Below, piece by piece: positions 21,700-31,417 of a stretch of DNA of 64,000 nt. The DNA comes from Sedimentisphaerales bacterium (lineage in GTDB: Bacteria; Planctomycetota; Phycisphaerae; Sedimentisphaerales; SM23-30): contig CAXXFK010000020.1 in NCBI GenBank assembly GCA_963663965.2, positions 290,392 to 354,391 of the forward strand. Reading direction: 5' to 3'. The position numbers and the translations under genes are program-made. Each line of letters begins with the position of its first letter. The first letter of the stretch is position 1. The notes under the pieces are model-generated. The model made no database searches. It was not told the DNA's origin and was given only the letters and a program-made list of their open reading frames with translations.

Positions 21700-23727
21700 A
21701 TGAAAAAGCTACTTATGGCATTGACTTTAATGATATCCCTGACACTGGCGGTCACCGCTTCAGCGGATCTGATAGGATACTGGAATTTCAACAATGGTTC
21801 CAGCAGCGACTCTTCGGGCAACAACTATCACGGCACCGACACCAATGTCACTTACTCGTCCGACGTCCCCTTTAAGTTTTTCGGCCAGTCGGCGGATCTT
21901 AGAAATAATGGCTATATCCTGATCAACCATTCGATCGAGGCCGGATCGGACCCGTTTTATGTACCGGCTTTGACCGTATCCTGTTGGGTCAAGGGCTGGC
22001 CGGATGACAGTTGGGAGCCGTTTGTCTCGAAATTAGGCGATGACGAAAAGGGCTGGCAGATTCGCCGGATCAGCGGGGATTATACCCTGAGCTGGACCCT
22101 CCGGGGTACCAACGACCCAGACTGGTGGGGCGGCGCCACCTACACGCCCGCCGACATGTGGAGCGGCTGGCATCAGATCACGGCCATTTATGATAATGCC
22201 AACGGCCGTCGTGAGATCTGGGTCGACGGCGTGCAGAGAGCCAGCGCCACCTATACCGGCGCGGTCAACCACGCGGCCGCTCATGTCTGTATCGGCGCCC
22301 GTCAGAGAGAAAGCGGCTCGATCGATGGTCAGTCGAACGTCATGATTGACGAAGTGCGGATCTATAATCACGCGTTATCCGCATCGGAAATCACCGCGCT
22401 GCTCCTTCCGGACAAGTCGCCCCTGACTGCGACGAATCCGGTTCCGGCTGATGGCGCCATCGATCTGGATGTCGACGCCGGTCCGATCACATTACAGTGG
22501 ACCAACAGCGACGATCCATCCATTGCCTTTCATCAGGTCTACCTGGGTACCGACTGGATGAATATGGGGCTCGTCACGCCTGCCGGCGGCGATCCCAACC
22601 TGGCCCCGTCCGTGAATAGCATTCAAGTCACCCTGCAAAAAGACAAGCATTATTACTGGCGCGTCGACGAGATCACCACCGATCCCAACCATTTTTATGG
22701 CAGCCTCTGGCAGTTTGAAACCGAAAAAACCCTGCCGAAGATCATCAGCCAGCCTGACGACGCGCTGGCCGACGAAGGCGGGATCGCGGAGTTTACCATT
22801 GACGCCATCGACATTTTGGGGAATGACCTCAGTTACAGCTGGAATAAAGGCAAGCCGGGCGACCCCCTGGACCCGGTGGGCACCGATTCGCCCAAACTGA
22901 CCATCGAAAATGTCACCTATGCCAATGACAACGGCGACACCTATTATTGTATCGTCGAAAACGCCAGCGGACCAACGGCTTCACAAACGGCGAAAATCAT
23001 CGTCAAAGCCATGCTGGGCCACTGGTCGCTGAATGGCAATACGAATGACCTGACCGTCTTCCAGAATCACGGCATTGCGATTAACGGCACAGCGGTTTAT
23101 GCCAATGACGTGCCCGGTGATTTCGTCACCCAGTCCCTGAACCTCACGTCCGCCAATTACCTGCTCCAGATTCCCAACGAAGCGCATTTCGACACAACCT
23201 ATGAAAATGTGACGGTAATGTGCTGGTATAAGGATAACGGTTCGTCCGACTGGAGAACCTTTGTTTCTAAAAACGGCGAAGCCACCGCCTGGCAGCTGCG
23301 CCGTCATGGCGGCAGCGCGACCGTCGACTGGACCCTGCGCGGCGCCGGCGGCGATAACGAAGGCAATGGCGCCTTTAACGATGGCAAGTGGCATCACCTG
23401 GCCGGCACGTTCGATAGCAGCAGGAAGGCCATTTATCTCGACGGCATCTGCGATTCGATGCGCATCCAGCCCGGCCCGATGAGCCCCAACGACCAGCCGG
23501 TCGCCATCGGCGGCCGCTTCAATCCCGATCCCGAGAACTACTGTCGGGGCTGGATCTCCGAGGTTCGCATCTACAATTACGCCATGACGCCGGAAGAAAT
23601 TGCCACCGTCTACAACTTGTATACCGGCAATTGTATCATCAATCTGCCCGGTGACACCAACGGCGACTGTATTGTTGACATCAATGACCTTCAGAATGTG
23701 ACCGAAACATTCCTGGGAGTCAATTAA
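21700..23727 (+). CDS. Secreted paralogue: 2 LamG-like domains, Ig-like domain, dockerin-like tail
   Basis: Same architecture: ADLIGYWNF, DEVRIYN, YYWRVD and GDTNGDCIVDINDL. Confidence 0.85.
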   Translation: MKKLLMALTLMISLTLAVTASADLIGYWNFNNGSSSDSSGNNYHGTDTNVTYSSDVPFKFFGQSADLRNNGYILINHSIEAGSDPFYVPALTVSCWVKGWPDDSWEPFVSKLGDDEKGWQIRRISGDYTLSWTLRGTNDPDWWGGATYTPADMWSGWHQITAIYDNANGRREIWVDGVQRASATYTGAVNHAAAHVCIGARQRESGSIDGQSNVMIDEVRIYNHALSASEITALLLPDKSPLTATNPVPADGAIDLDVDAGPITLQWTNSDDPSIAFHQVYLGTDWMNMGLVTPAGGDPNLAPSVNSIQVTLQKDKHYYWRVDEITTDPNHFYGSLWQFETEKTLPKIISQPDDALADEGGIAEFTIDAIDILGNDLSYSWNKGKPGDPLDPVGTDSPKLTIENVTYANDNGDTYYCIVENASGPTASQTAKIIVKAMLGHWSLNGNTNDLTVFQNHGIAINGTAVYANDVPGDFVTQSLNLTSANYLLQIPNEAHFDTTYENVTVMCWYKDNGSSDWRTFVSKNGEATAWQLRRHGGSATVDWTLRGAGGDNEGNGAFNDGKWHHLAGTFDSSRKAIYLDGICDSMRIQPGPMSPNDQPVAIGGRFNPDPENYCRGWISEVRIYNYAMTPEEIATVYNLYTGNCIINLPGDTNGDCIVDINDLQNVTETFLGVN

Positions 23728-23790
23728 CAACCATTAATATGGTAGTACGCAGAGAATCATTATCTGTGTAAACGTCATTGAAAACCTGAC

Positions 23791-23833
23791 AGGGTTCAGG
23801 GCTGACCAATCAGTCCTGAACCCTTTTGTTTTT
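23791..23833 (+). terminator. Intrinsic terminator
   Basis: AGGGTTCAGGGCTGA-CCAA-TCAGTCCTGAACCCT followed by a T-rich tail. Confidence 0.85.
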
Positions 23834-24081
23834 CTACCATGATTCAGCGTTGTTCATAAACATTAAACTCTTCTGATTTAAACTCGATTTAAATACTGCG
23901 GTTCACGATCCGATTTACATTATTTTATTTTCACCTCCGATTCCGGATTATCACAATGTTTATGATTTTTCGCGTTGCTCTTGATTTTCGAAATTAGGTA
24001 TCTCTTTAATTCCTATATCAGGACCCGGGATCCATCAAATGTTCCCTGAATGACTGTTAACGGATAATCAAGGAGTGAGCC

Positions 24082-24834
24082 ATGAAAAACAAACTGCTGA
24101 AATCTTTCATCTTAACCAATCTATTCCTTCTCATCTGGTGCCCCCTGGCGGAATCTGCAAGTGTAAAATGGCACGCCGAGGCCGAAACGCATGGGATTGT
24201 TTCGCCTGGCAAAAAAGCGCATATCATAATTAAAATTGGCGATATCGAAAAAGAAATTATATTGGAAAACCATGGCCGATTTGAATATTGGGACCGCAAA
24301 ACCAAAGGAGGCGAAATTGAAATCGATCTCCAGGAGATCAAGGCCGTCGTTGTCGGTGATATCGGCGTGGGGTCTTCCTATTCACTGACTCTCGAAGATA
24401 CCATTGCCCAGACAAAAACCACCGGAACCGCGCCGATCTCTGGCGCCTTCGAGGCCTGGGCCAATTATGACAACAGCGCTTATGACTGGACAATTACGAT
24501 GGGCGGACATATGGATGAACCCATCTATTTTTACCAGGAAGGCGATGAAACCGGATACGCCACCCTGGGAGATTTCTCGTTTACTCGCGCTCCCGCGCCA
24601 AGCGGCTATCCCGATCCTTATCTGACCATTAACACTCTGGATACCAATACCCTGACCGGTGAATTTGAAATGCTGGAATATCTCTATCTGGTAACTGACA
24701 ATTTATGGCTGGAAGATGAAAGTGGCAATAAAAGCTACTTAATTATGGAATCTTTCTCCACTGCCACCTTGATTCCAGAACCAGCCAGCGTCCTTTTACT
24801 ACTGGGCGGGACGCTGATCCTGTTTCGAAAATAA
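24082..24834 (+). CDS. PEP-CTERM sorting domain protein
   Basis: Signal peptide, C-terminal IPEPASVLLLLGGTLILFRK and an AAGGAG RBS. Confidence 0.85.
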   Translation: MKNKLLKSFILTNLFLLIWCPLAESASVKWHAEAETHGIVSPGKKAHIIIKIGDIEKEIILENHGRFEYWDRKTKGGEIEIDLQEIKAVVVGDIGVGSSYSLTLEDTIAQTKTTGTAPISGAFEAWANYDNSAYDWTITMGGHMDEPIYFYQEGDETGYATLGDFSFTRAPAPSGYPDPYLTINTLDTNTLTGEFEMLEYLYLVTDNLWLEDESGNKSYLIMESFSTATLIPEPASVLLLLGGTLILFRK

Positions 24835-24849
24835 AGGATGCCGGGTAAG

Positions 24850-25527
24850 TCACCGTTCCTTAACCACACCACCATCAACGCTCTCCGGGATGATCTGCCG
24901 GGGAGCATTCGTCTCCATCGCCTCAGGATCAATCTGGTATATTAACAGTGATAACAATAAGCAGATCGCCTGTACGCCCGACACTCCCAAGCCGATCCGC
25001 GCCATATCCGCAGAACTCCTCAAAAGAGAATAATAGATAAAAAAATTGGGCGCCATCAGGCCCAGGGTCAAAATGGCCCATCGAACCCGGCCGGCCGCCA
25101 CGGCATAAACCGACCAGAGAAACAGGCAGACATATAATGATCTGCTGAAAACCTGGGGGAATGGATAATCATTGTAACGCTGCATTTCTTCAAACGCGTT
25201 GGCGGGAATAATCAGCAATAAAAACAGGGATAAAAATAAAAACCAGCGCGATTGGACAAACAGTGAGCGCCAGATTTTCCCTTCCGCTTCCACACAACAT
25301 CCCGCCATGGTTTCTCCCGGGGTACAAAACCGCACGCGGCCGGCAACGGCCAGATGATAGATTAATATCGCCAGTAGATAACCCACTGCAGTAACGATCA
25401 GAATCGGATGATTGTCTTCAGGTTGGATTAGGGCCATCAGGACACTGCTGCCCACCTGAATCAACGAACCAATGACCATCATATCGAAAATAAAAGCAAT
25501 AAAACGACGGCTCTTTGCTGGACGCAT
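24850..25527 (-). CDS. RDD-family membrane protein
   Basis: PAKSRRFIAFIFD, TPGE..G and multiple TM segments. Confidence 0.7.
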   Translation of the reverse strand: MRPAKSRRFIAFIFDMMVIGSLIQVGSSVLMALIQPEDNHPILIVTAVGYLLAILIYHLAVAGRVRFCTPGETMAGCCVEAEGKIWRSLFVQSRWFLFLSLFLLLIIPANAFEEMQRYNDYPFPQVFSRSLYVCLFLWSVYAVAAGRVRWAILTLGLMAPNFFIYYSLLRSSADMARIGLGVSGVQAICLLLSLLIYQIDPEAMETNAPRQIIPESVDGGVVKER

Positions 25528-25630
25528 GAATTTCTCCTGTCTATCATGTTGCTGCGCTTCCCAGGGAACGGATCCTTATCGCCTGCCGCCAGTCCGCGCT
25601 TTCATTCGGCCATCCAATCAAAACAGATAA

Positions 25631-26140
25631 CTATTTTAGCTGACACCCATCCTTCCCTGCAATGGAAATCCCCTCCGGCTTTTTCACACTTTTTACAACA
25701 AAACGATAGACGATATCATCCCCGTCTCCCCCGTCATCAGTCTTATTCGGGCCATAACTGATCAGACAGATATCTTGTCCCTGACACTGATAAATAATCG
25801 GCTCATCCCAGTAATCATGAATTTTACCCCTGGTCCAGTCTATGGGGTACCCCATATTATTCCAGGACGGTTTTAATATTGGATCATATTTCAAAAACCA
25901 TTCAAGTAAATCTGTCAAATCATTGATCTGCTCAAAATCAACCTTTTTGTTCTGTATGATATGTTGAATAGAGATTTCAAAATCCTTGAACATTGCTTCC
26001 GTATTAGCAGCCTTATGACCATCTGATTTATGTCTGTCCCACTCATCCTCATTAATACAGCCTGAAGACAACAACATAATCCCGCTCCAGATCAATGCCT
26101 GAATCCAAATTGAACCTTTCTGAAAATGATACTTTGTCAT
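25631..26140 (-). CDS. Putative lipoprotein with a GspG(T2SS-G)-like C-terminal motif; candidate immunity protein
   Basis: Lipobox LLSSGC; DYWDEPIIY...ISYGPNKTDDGGDGDDI. Confidence 0.6.
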   Translation of the reverse strand: MTKYHFQKGSIWIQALIWSGIMLLSSGCINEDEWDRHKSDGHKAANTEAMFKDFEISIQHIIQNKKVDFEQINDLTDLLEWFLKYDPILKPSWNNMGYPIDWTRGKIHDYWDEPIIYQCQGQDICLISYGPNKTDDGGDGDDIVYRFVVKSVKKPEGISIAGKDGCQLK

Positions 26141-26200
26141 TCAAAGATACCCTGCTAACTTCTAAACATTATCAATTGATGGAAGCATGACACAGCCCTG

Positions 26201-26668
26201 TTATCTGTCCTCAAACGCTTTAACAATATCGTCACCCTGAAGATTATCACACCTTTTATTCGGACCGTAGCTGATCAAGATAAATCGAATGTCCTCCACA
26301 ATCATATCGATAGGAGTTCCCCAGGGATCTCGAAACACCGAGTCATTCCTGACCTCATCGTTGCCAAAATACATGGCATACCGATCCAGATCACAAATAT
26401 TGTTATCGAGCAATACTTTCAGATTTTTCGTTCGAATGATCGAATCATCCGAATAATCACTGATGTACGTCAAAATATCATGTCCCAGTTCTGTCAGACC
26501 GCTCTCCGTACCAACAATCAACTTATCCTCCCAGCTGCATCTCGGTTTGCCATAAAACAGACGAGTCACAACCGCATCAAAAAATTGAGGCTTAATGAGA
26601 AAAGCTGTCAATAATCCTCCCACGAATATCAGGATCATCACAATCAAGATATGTTGGCTCGTTTTCAT
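26201..26668 (-). CDS. Membrane-anchored protein with a GspG-like C-terminal motif; candidate immunity protein
   Basis: N-terminal TM segment; RDPWGTPI...ISYGPNKRCDNLQGDDI. Confidence 0.6.
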   Translation of the reverse strand: MKTSQHILIVMILIFVGGLLTAFLIKPQFFDAVVTRLFYGKPRCSWEDKLIVGTESGLTELGHDILTYISDYSDDSIIRTKNLKVLLDNNICDLDRYAMYFGNDEVRNDSVFRDPWGTPIDMIVEDIRFILISYGPNKRCDNLQGDDIVKAFEDR

Positions 26669-26872
26669 TTGAATCTGCCTCTCATCAAAATAGATGATTA
26701 CCTCATATCAAACCCTGTTCGAACCGGATCAATCCGAACGGCTCCATCCTGTCAACCGGTTTTCTTCCGTGTGGTCCGCATAGTCTGTGGTCAATAACGA
26801 CTGTTCTCATCAGATTGGGCGTCGCCCATGCAGTCTCGTTTAAATGATCCATCATTCCCTGATCCATCCTGT

Positions 26873-27043
26873 CTATCCTGTGATCCTGTCTAAAATATTT
26901 TTCTTTATCTGCTCATCGATCCCGTTACCATAGACGAACTCACGCCGGGTCGCCCCTTCTTCATCCGTCTCCATCATCACCTGCCAGCGGTCATTAAAGT
27001 AATAGCGCGTCACAGTATCCACCAACTCGCCCGGCACCCGCAT
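26873..27043 (-). pseudogene. Short Rhs/YD-repeat core fragment (not in the ORF track)
   Basis: Manual translation MRVPGELVDTVTRYYFNDRWQVMMETDEEGATRREFVYGNGIDE. It is GC-rich relative to its flanks and homology ends at about 26912. Confidence 0.8.
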
Positions 27044-27068
27044 AGATAGCCATAAACTGGGAGAACCA

Positions 27069-27419
27069 TTAGTTCTTTTCCAATATTTTTATAATTTCTC
27101 TGTAATTGTTTTTTGACGCATAGTCATAAGGCGTACAATTATTTTCATCTTTTAAGTTTCGGTTTGCCCCCAGTTCAACAAGCAATTTTACTATCTCAAC
27201 ATTTTTGTTTATTACTGCAATATGAAGTGGCGTATAACCTTCATAAGTTTGTTGATTAATATCAAAATCGAGCTTAATTAAATATTTTACCCAGTCTACC
27301 TTATTTTCAAAGGTTGCAATATGTAAAAGGTTAAATTTAGATATGTAAAATTCAGGATTTTCTTCAAAGCACCCGTAAGACTCTATTTTTTCATAGATAT
27401 CACTGGTGTTCTTGAACAA
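27069..27419 (-). CDS. Ankyrin-repeat protein (candidate immunity; possibly a fragment)
   Basis: LLHIA, GYTPLHIAVI..NVEIVKLLVELGAN, TPYDYA. Very AT-rich, with a TTG start and no clear RBS. Confidence 0.8.
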   Translation of the reverse strand: MFKNTSDIYEKIESYGCFEENPEFYISKFNLLHIATFENKVDWVKYLIKLDFDINQQTYEGYTPLHIAVINKNVEIVKLLVELGANRNLKDENNCTPYDYASKNNYREIIKILEKN

Positions 27420-27447
27420 CTTTTTTGTTAAATTAATATTTTTACTT

Positions 27448-28374
27448 TTAACGATTATAAGCTAAGTTTTTTACCCTTACGGCAAAACATCCGGTATTGA
27501 GTAAAGATTGAAACACAACATCCATATAGTCTTTACTTTCATAAGGTATATTTGCCATCTCTATATTTATTGAGTCGAAAAAAGTCTTTGCGTCATCATT
27601 CAAAGTAGATGGCAAAGCTTTTTTACTGACATATTCAAAGTGTGTCTTAAAACCCGCCTGATAATTATATATTTCAAAATAGTAACTCTTTCTTGTTTTA
27701 GGATCACGCTTGTAAGTTACAATTGCCTTGAAGTTTTCATTCTCGACAAATTTATATTCGTCATATTTTGATATCGATTGTTTAAAATACCTCTGACTGA
27801 GATATTTCCTTCTCTTATCTAACGGCAACAGATCCAATTGGTTATAACTTAGTTCTTGGATCGCCATTACCTCTTGATACCATTCGTAGGGCTCACAAAA
27901 ATACCGTCGCCAATATTCGAAACATTCTGGATCGTTTTCAATGATTTCAAGCTGGGCGGGAATGACGCCGGTAAAGTTATTGGGATCGTATGGATTAAAC
28001 TTATCGATATTTTTTAATTGGTTGGCAATATATGTTTCCTTATTAACTATCAAGTCTGATCGAAAATAGTCATAAGATAGCTTGTATAAAAAAATCGATT
28101 GCCAGATAACGATCCCATTATCACATTCATATTCAATGGAAGAATTACCATTAACTTTAATCTCAACTATTTTCCCAGGCGGAAGAAAAGAAAGGAATCC
28201 ATTAGATAGTCTGCCCTGTTTGAAATCTTTATCTGTGATTCTATGATTTTCATTAGTAATAATTTGTTCTTTTTCAAAATCATCAAATTGCCCCTTTGTC
28301 ATAAGAGCTCCGATTACAACCTCATAATTAGCGCCCAGCATACTAACCGTTAAGACTAAAATAATTAATTTCAT
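27448..28374 (-). CDS. Putative exported immunity protein of the upstream Rhs toxin tip
   Basis: AT-rich, starts immediately after the Rhs-CT stop and has a signal-like MKLIILVLTVSMLGA. Confidence 0.6.
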   Translation of the reverse strand: MKLIILVLTVSMLGANYEVVIGALMTKGQFDDFEKEQIITNENHRITDKDFKQGRLSNGFLSFLPPGKIVEIKVNGNSSIEYECDNGIVIWQSIFLYKLSYDYFRSDLIVNKETYIANQLKNIDKFNPYDPNNFTGVIPAQLEIIENDPECFEYWRRYFCEPYEWYQEVMAIQELSYNQLDLLPLDKRRKYLSQRYFKQSISKYDEYKFVENENFKAIVTYKRDPKTRKSYYFEIYNYQAGFKTHFEYVSKKALPSTLNDDAKTFFDSINIEMANIPYESKDYMDVVFQSLLNTGCFAVRVKNLAYNR

Positions 28375-28376
28375 GG

Positions 28377-29657
28377 TTATTCTGTCCATTCTTTGATATT
28401 AAATTCGCCTGGTGTGTACCAATCCAATTCATTGAATTTATACTCTCGTTCATTATTGTCAACATTACTCCAATGTACTCCATGTCCAACATTCAGTTTA
28501 ATATTATATTCCCATAATTCATTGTATTGTATGATTTCTTCGTTATCTTCCCACAGCAAATTTTGATACTTGCCTCCATTATTTCTGATCCATACAGGAA
28601 GAATTTGGTATATTTCTTTTTGAAGCAACCTTATACTTCTCTCAAACTCACTGCGCCCAGATTTTCCACCCAATACTTGTTCCCCTCCAATCCCTTCAGT
28701 GCCAACACATGCAACGGTTACAGGAATATTCAATTTTTTCCATCTATATAATCTGGGATTATTTCTACATTCGAAATGCATAAATCTTATATCAAATTCA
28801 TATTGCCGTATCAAAGTCGGCAACTTTTGACTTGGTGATGTTGCAAATGTTGGAAGAGTACCTTTTAACATGTTTTCAAGAAATCCAATGGCAAGATCAC
28901 CGGCTATATCTTTTAATTTACTCCAATTATTATCGCTTCCGTCTGATGTAGTTACGATTTCGGCGTATGAATATTCATACTGTGCACCATGGATATAATC
29001 TGCAGAAAGATCACTTTTGCTTTTCACAAGTTCTTGAGGGAAATTCCGTTTTGATATAACCCTACATATCAAACCAAGAGGGTCAGATTTCCCGCATGGA
29101 TTTTCGGTAACGTACTCATACCCATTCATTCCATCTACATATCCCAGCGGATCGACCGACAGCCACCGCCCGGTACGATAATCATAATACCGATGCCGGT
29201 TAATCTGAATCAGCTTCGCCCCGCCATCGAGGATATCCAGCCGCCGCCCGGTGAAGTAGTACGGATTGCCGATAACCGACCCCACCGCCGACGCCGTCAA
29301 TTCACTGGTGGGCCCCGCCACACTCATCGCCAGCATCTCCAATCCTCCCAGCGACAGTCCTTCAGCATCAATCACCGTATTGGGATCCAGCAGCATCCCC
29401 AACGAATCGTTCGGATCGTAAACCGGATCATACTCCGGCAACTCCGTCGCATACAATACCGGCGCAAACTGCCAGTCCCACGGCTCCATCCGCCACAGCG
29501 ACTCCTGCGCCAACTCATCCTCCGTCACCCCCGCCCAGGCCGCATCATACCCCCCATACGCCGGCATAACCGCCCCGGCGATCAGATCATCCCGCACCCA
29601 GACTGATTCTTTAATAGGTTCCTTAGCATTTATATCACATTGTTGATAACCCAACAT
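28377..29657 (-). CDS. Orphan Rhs cassette 2: RHS-associated core fragment plus unknown C-terminal toxin tip
   Basis: NPYYFTGRRLD...RHRYYDYRTGRWLSVDPLGYVDGMNGYEYV.ENP...DPLGL, then an abrupt switch to an AT-rich tip of about 230 aa. Confidence 0.88.
   Translation of the reverse strand: MLGYQQCDINAKEPIKESVWVRDDLIAGAVMPAYGGYDAAWAGVTEDELAQESLWRMEPWDWQFAPVLYATELPEYDPVYDPNDSLGMLLDPNTVIDAEGLSLGGLEMLAMSVAGPTSELTASAVGSVIGNPYYFTGRRLDILDGGAKLIQINRHRYYDYRTGRWLSVDPLGYVDGMNGYEYVTENPCGKSDPLGLICRVISKRNFPQELVKSKSDLSADYIHGAQYEYSYAEIVTTSDGSDNNWSKLKDIAGDLAIGFLENMLKGTLPTFATSPSQKLPTLIRQYEFDIRFMHFECRNNPRLYRWKKLNIPVTVACVGTEGIGGEQVLGGKSGRSEFERSIRLLQKEIYQILPVWIRNNGGKYQNLLWEDNEEIIQYNELWEYNIKLNVGHGVHWSNVDNNEREYKFNELDWYTPGEFNIKEWTE
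29109..29574. repeat. Direct repeat copy A (Rhs core), partner of 30952-31417
   Basis: Ungapped alignment at offset 1843 bp; about 31 mismatches in 466 bp by manual count (about 93% identity). Confidence 0.95.
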
Positions 29658-29696
29658 AACTGGAATTTATCATTATATTTTTTATTACCTACAGAT

Positions 29697-30329
29697 TTAA
29701 TCCGACCAAGTTACACATAACAACAAAACTTTGGTTGGATAATTTTTAGTACGTTGACATTTTTCAATTAACGGTTTATCGCTCAGATACCAAGAATCAT
29801 ATTCCTCATGAATGCCCTGATAGCCCCATTGCAAAAGTCCCAACACATTCTCTTCACCATCGTGAATATCAATTTGCGATAAGCAACCTGTACTGTAATC
29901 ACGAAAATCTGACGTGAAGCTATTCTTTTCACCTTGACTTTTTTGGTACGAAAATATTTCTGGAGCAATGTTCTTTCTATGAGCAATTAGCTCAATATCT
30001 GCAGTATAACTTTTATCTTCAGAATTATTGTTGCCTATATAAGCTATTAAACTACCTTCATCTATATTGCCTTGAATAGAATTTAATTGTGTTTTTGTAA
30101 TTTCTACGACTTCTCCATTTGATATATAATAGAATGATGCTGCTAGCGTTTTAATATCATTACCTTTATAGCTAAAATAAATTATACAACTATTCGTATT
30201 GTTTAAATAACGAATTTCCCCATTTTTAACATTTAATATTTTTTGTTTGCTGAGTAGATTTTCTTTGTCTTCAGTGTGGCATCCTGTATTGCAAAATATG
30301 ATAAATATCATTAAAAGTATTTGTAACAT
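29697..30329 (-). CDS. Putative lipoprotein immunity protein of Rhs cassette 1
   Basis: MLQILLMIFIIFCNTGC signal with lipobox-like Cys; AT-rich; starts 19 bp after the toxin stop. Confidence 0.65.
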   Translation of the reverse strand: MLQILLMIFIIFCNTGCHTEDKENLLSKQKILNVKNGEIRYLNNTNSCIIYFSYKGNDIKTLAASFYYISNGEVVEITKTQLNSIQGNIDEGSLIAYIGNNNSEDKSYTADIELIAHRKNIAPEIFSYQKSQGEKNSFTSDFRDYSTGCLSQIDIHDGEENVLGLLQWGYQGIHEEYDSWYLSDKPLIEKCQRTKNYPTKVLLLCVTWSD

Positions 30330-30348
30330 ATATATTCCATTCTTAATT

Positions 30349-31417
30349 CTAATTAGCCCATATTAGCTCTTGTCCTTCTTTAACCATAATACTCCAACAT
30401 TTACTACGACTAAATGAAATTATTCTACGATAGTAAATTTCATTCCTAACATGAATTTCCCATTCCAATGCTTTCACTAGATAAGCGCATTTTCCTAAGC
30501 TATCTGCTCTGGGATATCGTTCTATAACTCTGAATTTTGTTCTATGTTCAATAATTTCTCTGCTAACTTGCCTATCATAACACACACCATTTACGTCATC
30601 CCACATTGTTAAAGAATCATGATTCACCCTTGTCGGATAAGGGTTTCCCATAAAATCTACTGTTTCAATAACCGTTAAATCTCCTAGTACTTTTCTGATA
30701 TAATCTGCCTTTACACACCCACAATCATCCCAGTAAGGTGGGATTTTACTTTTAAGTTCATCATATAACCTTGGCTTTTTGGGTGCATACCTGATGCCCC
30801 CATTAAAATTTCCTGGTTGGGTTGGATTTTTTATCCACCTTGATCCCTTAACTTCATATTCAACCTCCCACTGACTGGGCTGTGTATCAGGCACATCGTT
30901 TGCTATAATACTAAGTCCAAATACATCTTTACTTATATTCGGCATATTTGCAACATATTCATACCCATTCATTCCATCTACATATCCAGCCGGATCCACA
31001 CTCAGCCACCGCCCGGTACGATAATCATAATACCGATGCCGGTTGATCTGAATCAGCTTCGCTCCGCCGTCAAGGATATCCAGCCGCCGCCCGGTGAAAT
31101 AGTACGGATTGCCGATAACCGACCCCACCGCCGACGCCGTCAGTTCCGAAGTCGGCCCCGCCACACTCATCGCCGGCATCTCCAATCCACCCAGCGACAG
31201 CCCTTCAGCATCAATCACCGTATTGGGATCCAGCAGCATCCCCAACGAATCGTTCGGATCGTAAACCGGGTCATACTCCGGCAACTCCGTCGCATACAAT
31301 ACCGGCGCAAACTGCCAGTCCCACGGCGGCATTTGCCACAGCGACTCCTGCGCCAACTCATCCTCCGTCACACCCGCCCAGGCCGCCTCATACCCCCCAT
31401 ACGCCGGCATAACAGCC
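30349..31417 (-). CDS. Orphan Rhs cassette 1: RHS-associated core fragment plus unknown C-terminal toxin tip
   Basis: Same core ending DPAGYVDGMNGYEYVANMP...DVFGL, then an AT-rich Cys-containing tip of about 187 aa. The track extension to 31677 runs through intergenic motifs and is probably not coding. Confidence 0.88.
30952..31417. repeat. Direct repeat copy B (Rhs core)
   Basis: Ungapped match to 29109-29574 at about 93% identity. Confidence 0.95.

Noticed and set aside
20328..23730. Long antisense ORFs (403 aa, 249 aa) opposite the LamG genes
   Set aside because: Shadow frames caused by codon bias of the sense genes; no motifs.
26700..26900. Possible CRISPR or integron attC array
   Set aside because: No constant repeat with regular spacers, no clear RYYYAAC..GTTRRRY hairpins, and no cas or intI gene.
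29109..31417. Possible DGR template/variable repeat pair
   Set aside because: Mismatches are not adenine-specific, many are synonymous, and no reverse transcriptase is present. Rhs cassette homology explains the repeat.
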